Part shown: piece by piece, positions 36,671 to 38,350 of the stretch | Position numbering within the stretch: the stretch's first letter is position 1 | Layout of the letters: each line of letters opens with the position of its first letter | The notes under the pieces: generated by a model | The model's database searches: none | Told to the model about the DNA's origin: nothing | Seen by the model: only the letters and a program-made list of their open reading frames with translations | Virus genome (UHGV): UHGV-0182861 | Length of the DNA: 38,350 nucleotides | Reading direction: 5' to 3' (one strand) | Source: a virus | Translations under genes and position numbers: made by a program

Positions 36671-36692
36671 AGGCTACTAATCAGTAGCCTTT
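36671..36692 (+). terminator. Hairpin after the integrase stop
   Basis: aggctact / agtagcct stem with aatc loop, followed by tt. Confidence 0.35.
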
Positions 36693-38023
36693 CCAGTATC
36701 CCCATACATGGGGCAAATAACAAACTGTACATAGTACAGGATACATATCAGCAAAAACACTTGATGACATACATTATTAATAAATCATTTTTAAATAATG
36801 TCAATATCTGTGATGTGATTTATTTCTAAAATTAATGTTAGATCTGGCAATGCCATTATACTTTTAAAAAAATAAAATCCATACCATTCCCCTCGTTACT
36901 TATAATCAAATGAAAATATAACTCATCGCAACCCTGTCAAATAAAATTAATTTTTCACTTACAAATAATCAGACTTTAAAAAATAACTAATACAAATTCA
37001 ATACGCGATAATAATTTCATACCTACATATTTACCACTCACTGTTATAGCCCATTATAATCTTGTGCTGAAGAAATGTATTACCAAGTTTCACTTGCACA
37101 ATCGAAGATGTATATTAGAAGCACTACCTGTCTGCAAGAGAAGCCTTTAAAATAAATACACGCGAAGCATTTAAACAGCCTTTTCATTTAGCTTCCTTTA
37201 AGCTACCGAAGCGATGAATTCGGAGCTTCTCATGAACTGCAAGAGAAGCTTTAAAATCAATGCAAGCGAAGCTATATATATTTATATAAGAATATCTGCT
37301 ACTACAGTTTTTTATTATTATAACTAAAGCAAGGGCTAACTCTGCGAAGCCGCTGCGCTTGCTTCTTCGAGTTCCCCTTGCTTTTCTTCCCTGCGGTTAG
37401 AAAAGAAAGAAAACCTCTGCCAACCTTGCATATCAATAATTATATTCAGGCAAATATCATATATACTTCTCTTAAGCATTTCTTCCAAAAATAAACCCCT
37501 CACTTTACAAACAACTTGACACATCATTTTAGCTTTACATCCTATTCGTTTAGAATATTAACACCCGATGAATTTTAATGACCAAGTAAAAATTTTCACC
37601 ATGACAAAAAATTTAATAACTAAACGTGATGTAAGTACATTAAGACAGTTTTTTGATTACAAAGTTTTGTATCTTTTGCTTTATCTTCCTGTAAATATGC
37701 AAGAAGAGGATAGAGTGAAGGGTACAGAAAATTCTCACAGTTATGTAGTATGGAACTCACTTGGTGTTAGTCCGAGTAGTAGAAATTCACCCAGACAAAC
37801 ATTAACAGCTATACAGCAATTATGCCTATGACCGTGACTCCATTGAGGGCCAACGACTGACATCAACAACCCTGTTACAAAGCACTTACCCCATGAGTCA
37901 TTGCACTTGCTGAGCCGAACGAAAACACTAAAATCAGATAATAATTAATCGCTGTATAAGCTCGTAACAAGCGGAACTTTAAGGCAAAATAGGGCTACCA
38001 TCCTAATTCACGAAGTTACGCAA

Positions 38024-38350
38024 ATGGCAAGAAAACCTAAAGAAATCAAAACAGATCCGTTAGAAGTCATCCTGTGGAAAGCGGCAGACAAGCTGCGTAA
38101 AAACATTGATGCAGCCGAGTACAAGCATGTCGTACTAGGCCTCATTTTCCTTAAGTACATTTCTGATTCTTTTGAATCTCATTATGAGTTGCTGAAAGCC
38201 GGTGAAGGCGAGTTCGCAGGTGCTGACCCGGAAGACAAAGACGAGTACACCGCTTACAACGTTTTCTTTGTCCCAGAGCTTGCACGTTGGAACTATCTGA
38301 TTTCTAAGGCCAAGCTACCCGAAATCGGTAAGCTGATCGATGATGCTATG
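38024..38350 (+). CDS. hsdM: Type I restriction-modification methyltransferase subunit HsdM, N-terminal fragment (continues past window end)
   Basis: Open frame to the window edge; ...LWKAADKLRKNIDAAEYKHVVLGLIFLKYISDSFE matches the conserved HsdM N-terminal motif. Confidence 0.7.
   Translation, partial: MARKPKEIKTDPLEVILWKAADKLRKNIDAAEYKHVVLGLIFLKYISDSFESHYELLKAGEGEFAGADPEDKDEYTAYNVFFVPELARWNYLISKAKLPEIGKLIDDAM

Larger units (their letters stand above)
35222..38350. mobile_element. Start of a second ssrA-associated island (P4/CP4-57-type integrase, AT-rich spacer, hsdM); extends beyond the window
   Basis: Integrase gene immediately after an ssrA 3' end copy, as for CP4-57 intA next to ssrA; followed by AT-rich DNA and a type I R-M gene. 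Confidence 0.5.

Noticed and set aside
36725-36739. LexA-like palindrome CTGTACATAGTACAG after the integrase
   Set aside because: Spacer is 7 nt, not the canonical 8; perfect palindrome but not a LexA box. Possibly another regulator site.
37336-37831. 63-aa and 87-aa ORFs in the AT-rich spacer
   Set aside because: Low-complexity AT-rich translations, no convincing RBS, no recognisable motifs; likely non-coding.
1-38350. CRISPR arrays, IS elements or transposases
   Set aside because: No regularly spaced short direct repeats with unique spacers and no transposase-like ORF or terminal inverted repeats recognised; the only recombinases are two tyrosine integrases and one serine invertase.

Overview
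The window opens in the 3' end of ssrA (tmRNA, 1..235) and is almost entirely one P2/186-like prophage inserted into ssrA, bounded by a 47-bp direct repeat of the ssrA 3' end (191..237 and 35222..35268). A second, P4/CP4-57-type integrase island follows the displaced ssrA copy and runs into an AT-rich spacer and the start of a type I R-M hsdM gene. The prophage carries a complete P2-order late region on the minus strand (ogr, D, U, T, E/E', FII, FI, H/G, I, J, W, V, S, R, lysis, X, L, M, N, O) with P and Q on the plus strand, a 186-type early region (Int, CI, Apl, CII, small ORFs, zinc finger, Dam, A) and an SOS-controlled Tum-like/DinI-like pair next to cos. Four AT-rich cargo loci stand out as candidate novel biology: a 477-aa TIR-domain protein between cos and Q, a compact reverse transcriptase with an overlapping small hydrophobic ORF and a structured leader at the left end, an intact paralog of the terminase ATPase domain wedged between P and Q, and a 506-aa orphan with a possible PD-(D/E)xK motif between int and the att core. 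A Gin/Hin-type invertase with an invertible tail-fiber segment is also present. All protein calls rest on my reading of the supplied translations and recalled P2/186 sequences; no database search or structure prediction was run, and hand-derived site coordinates may be off by 1-2 nt.
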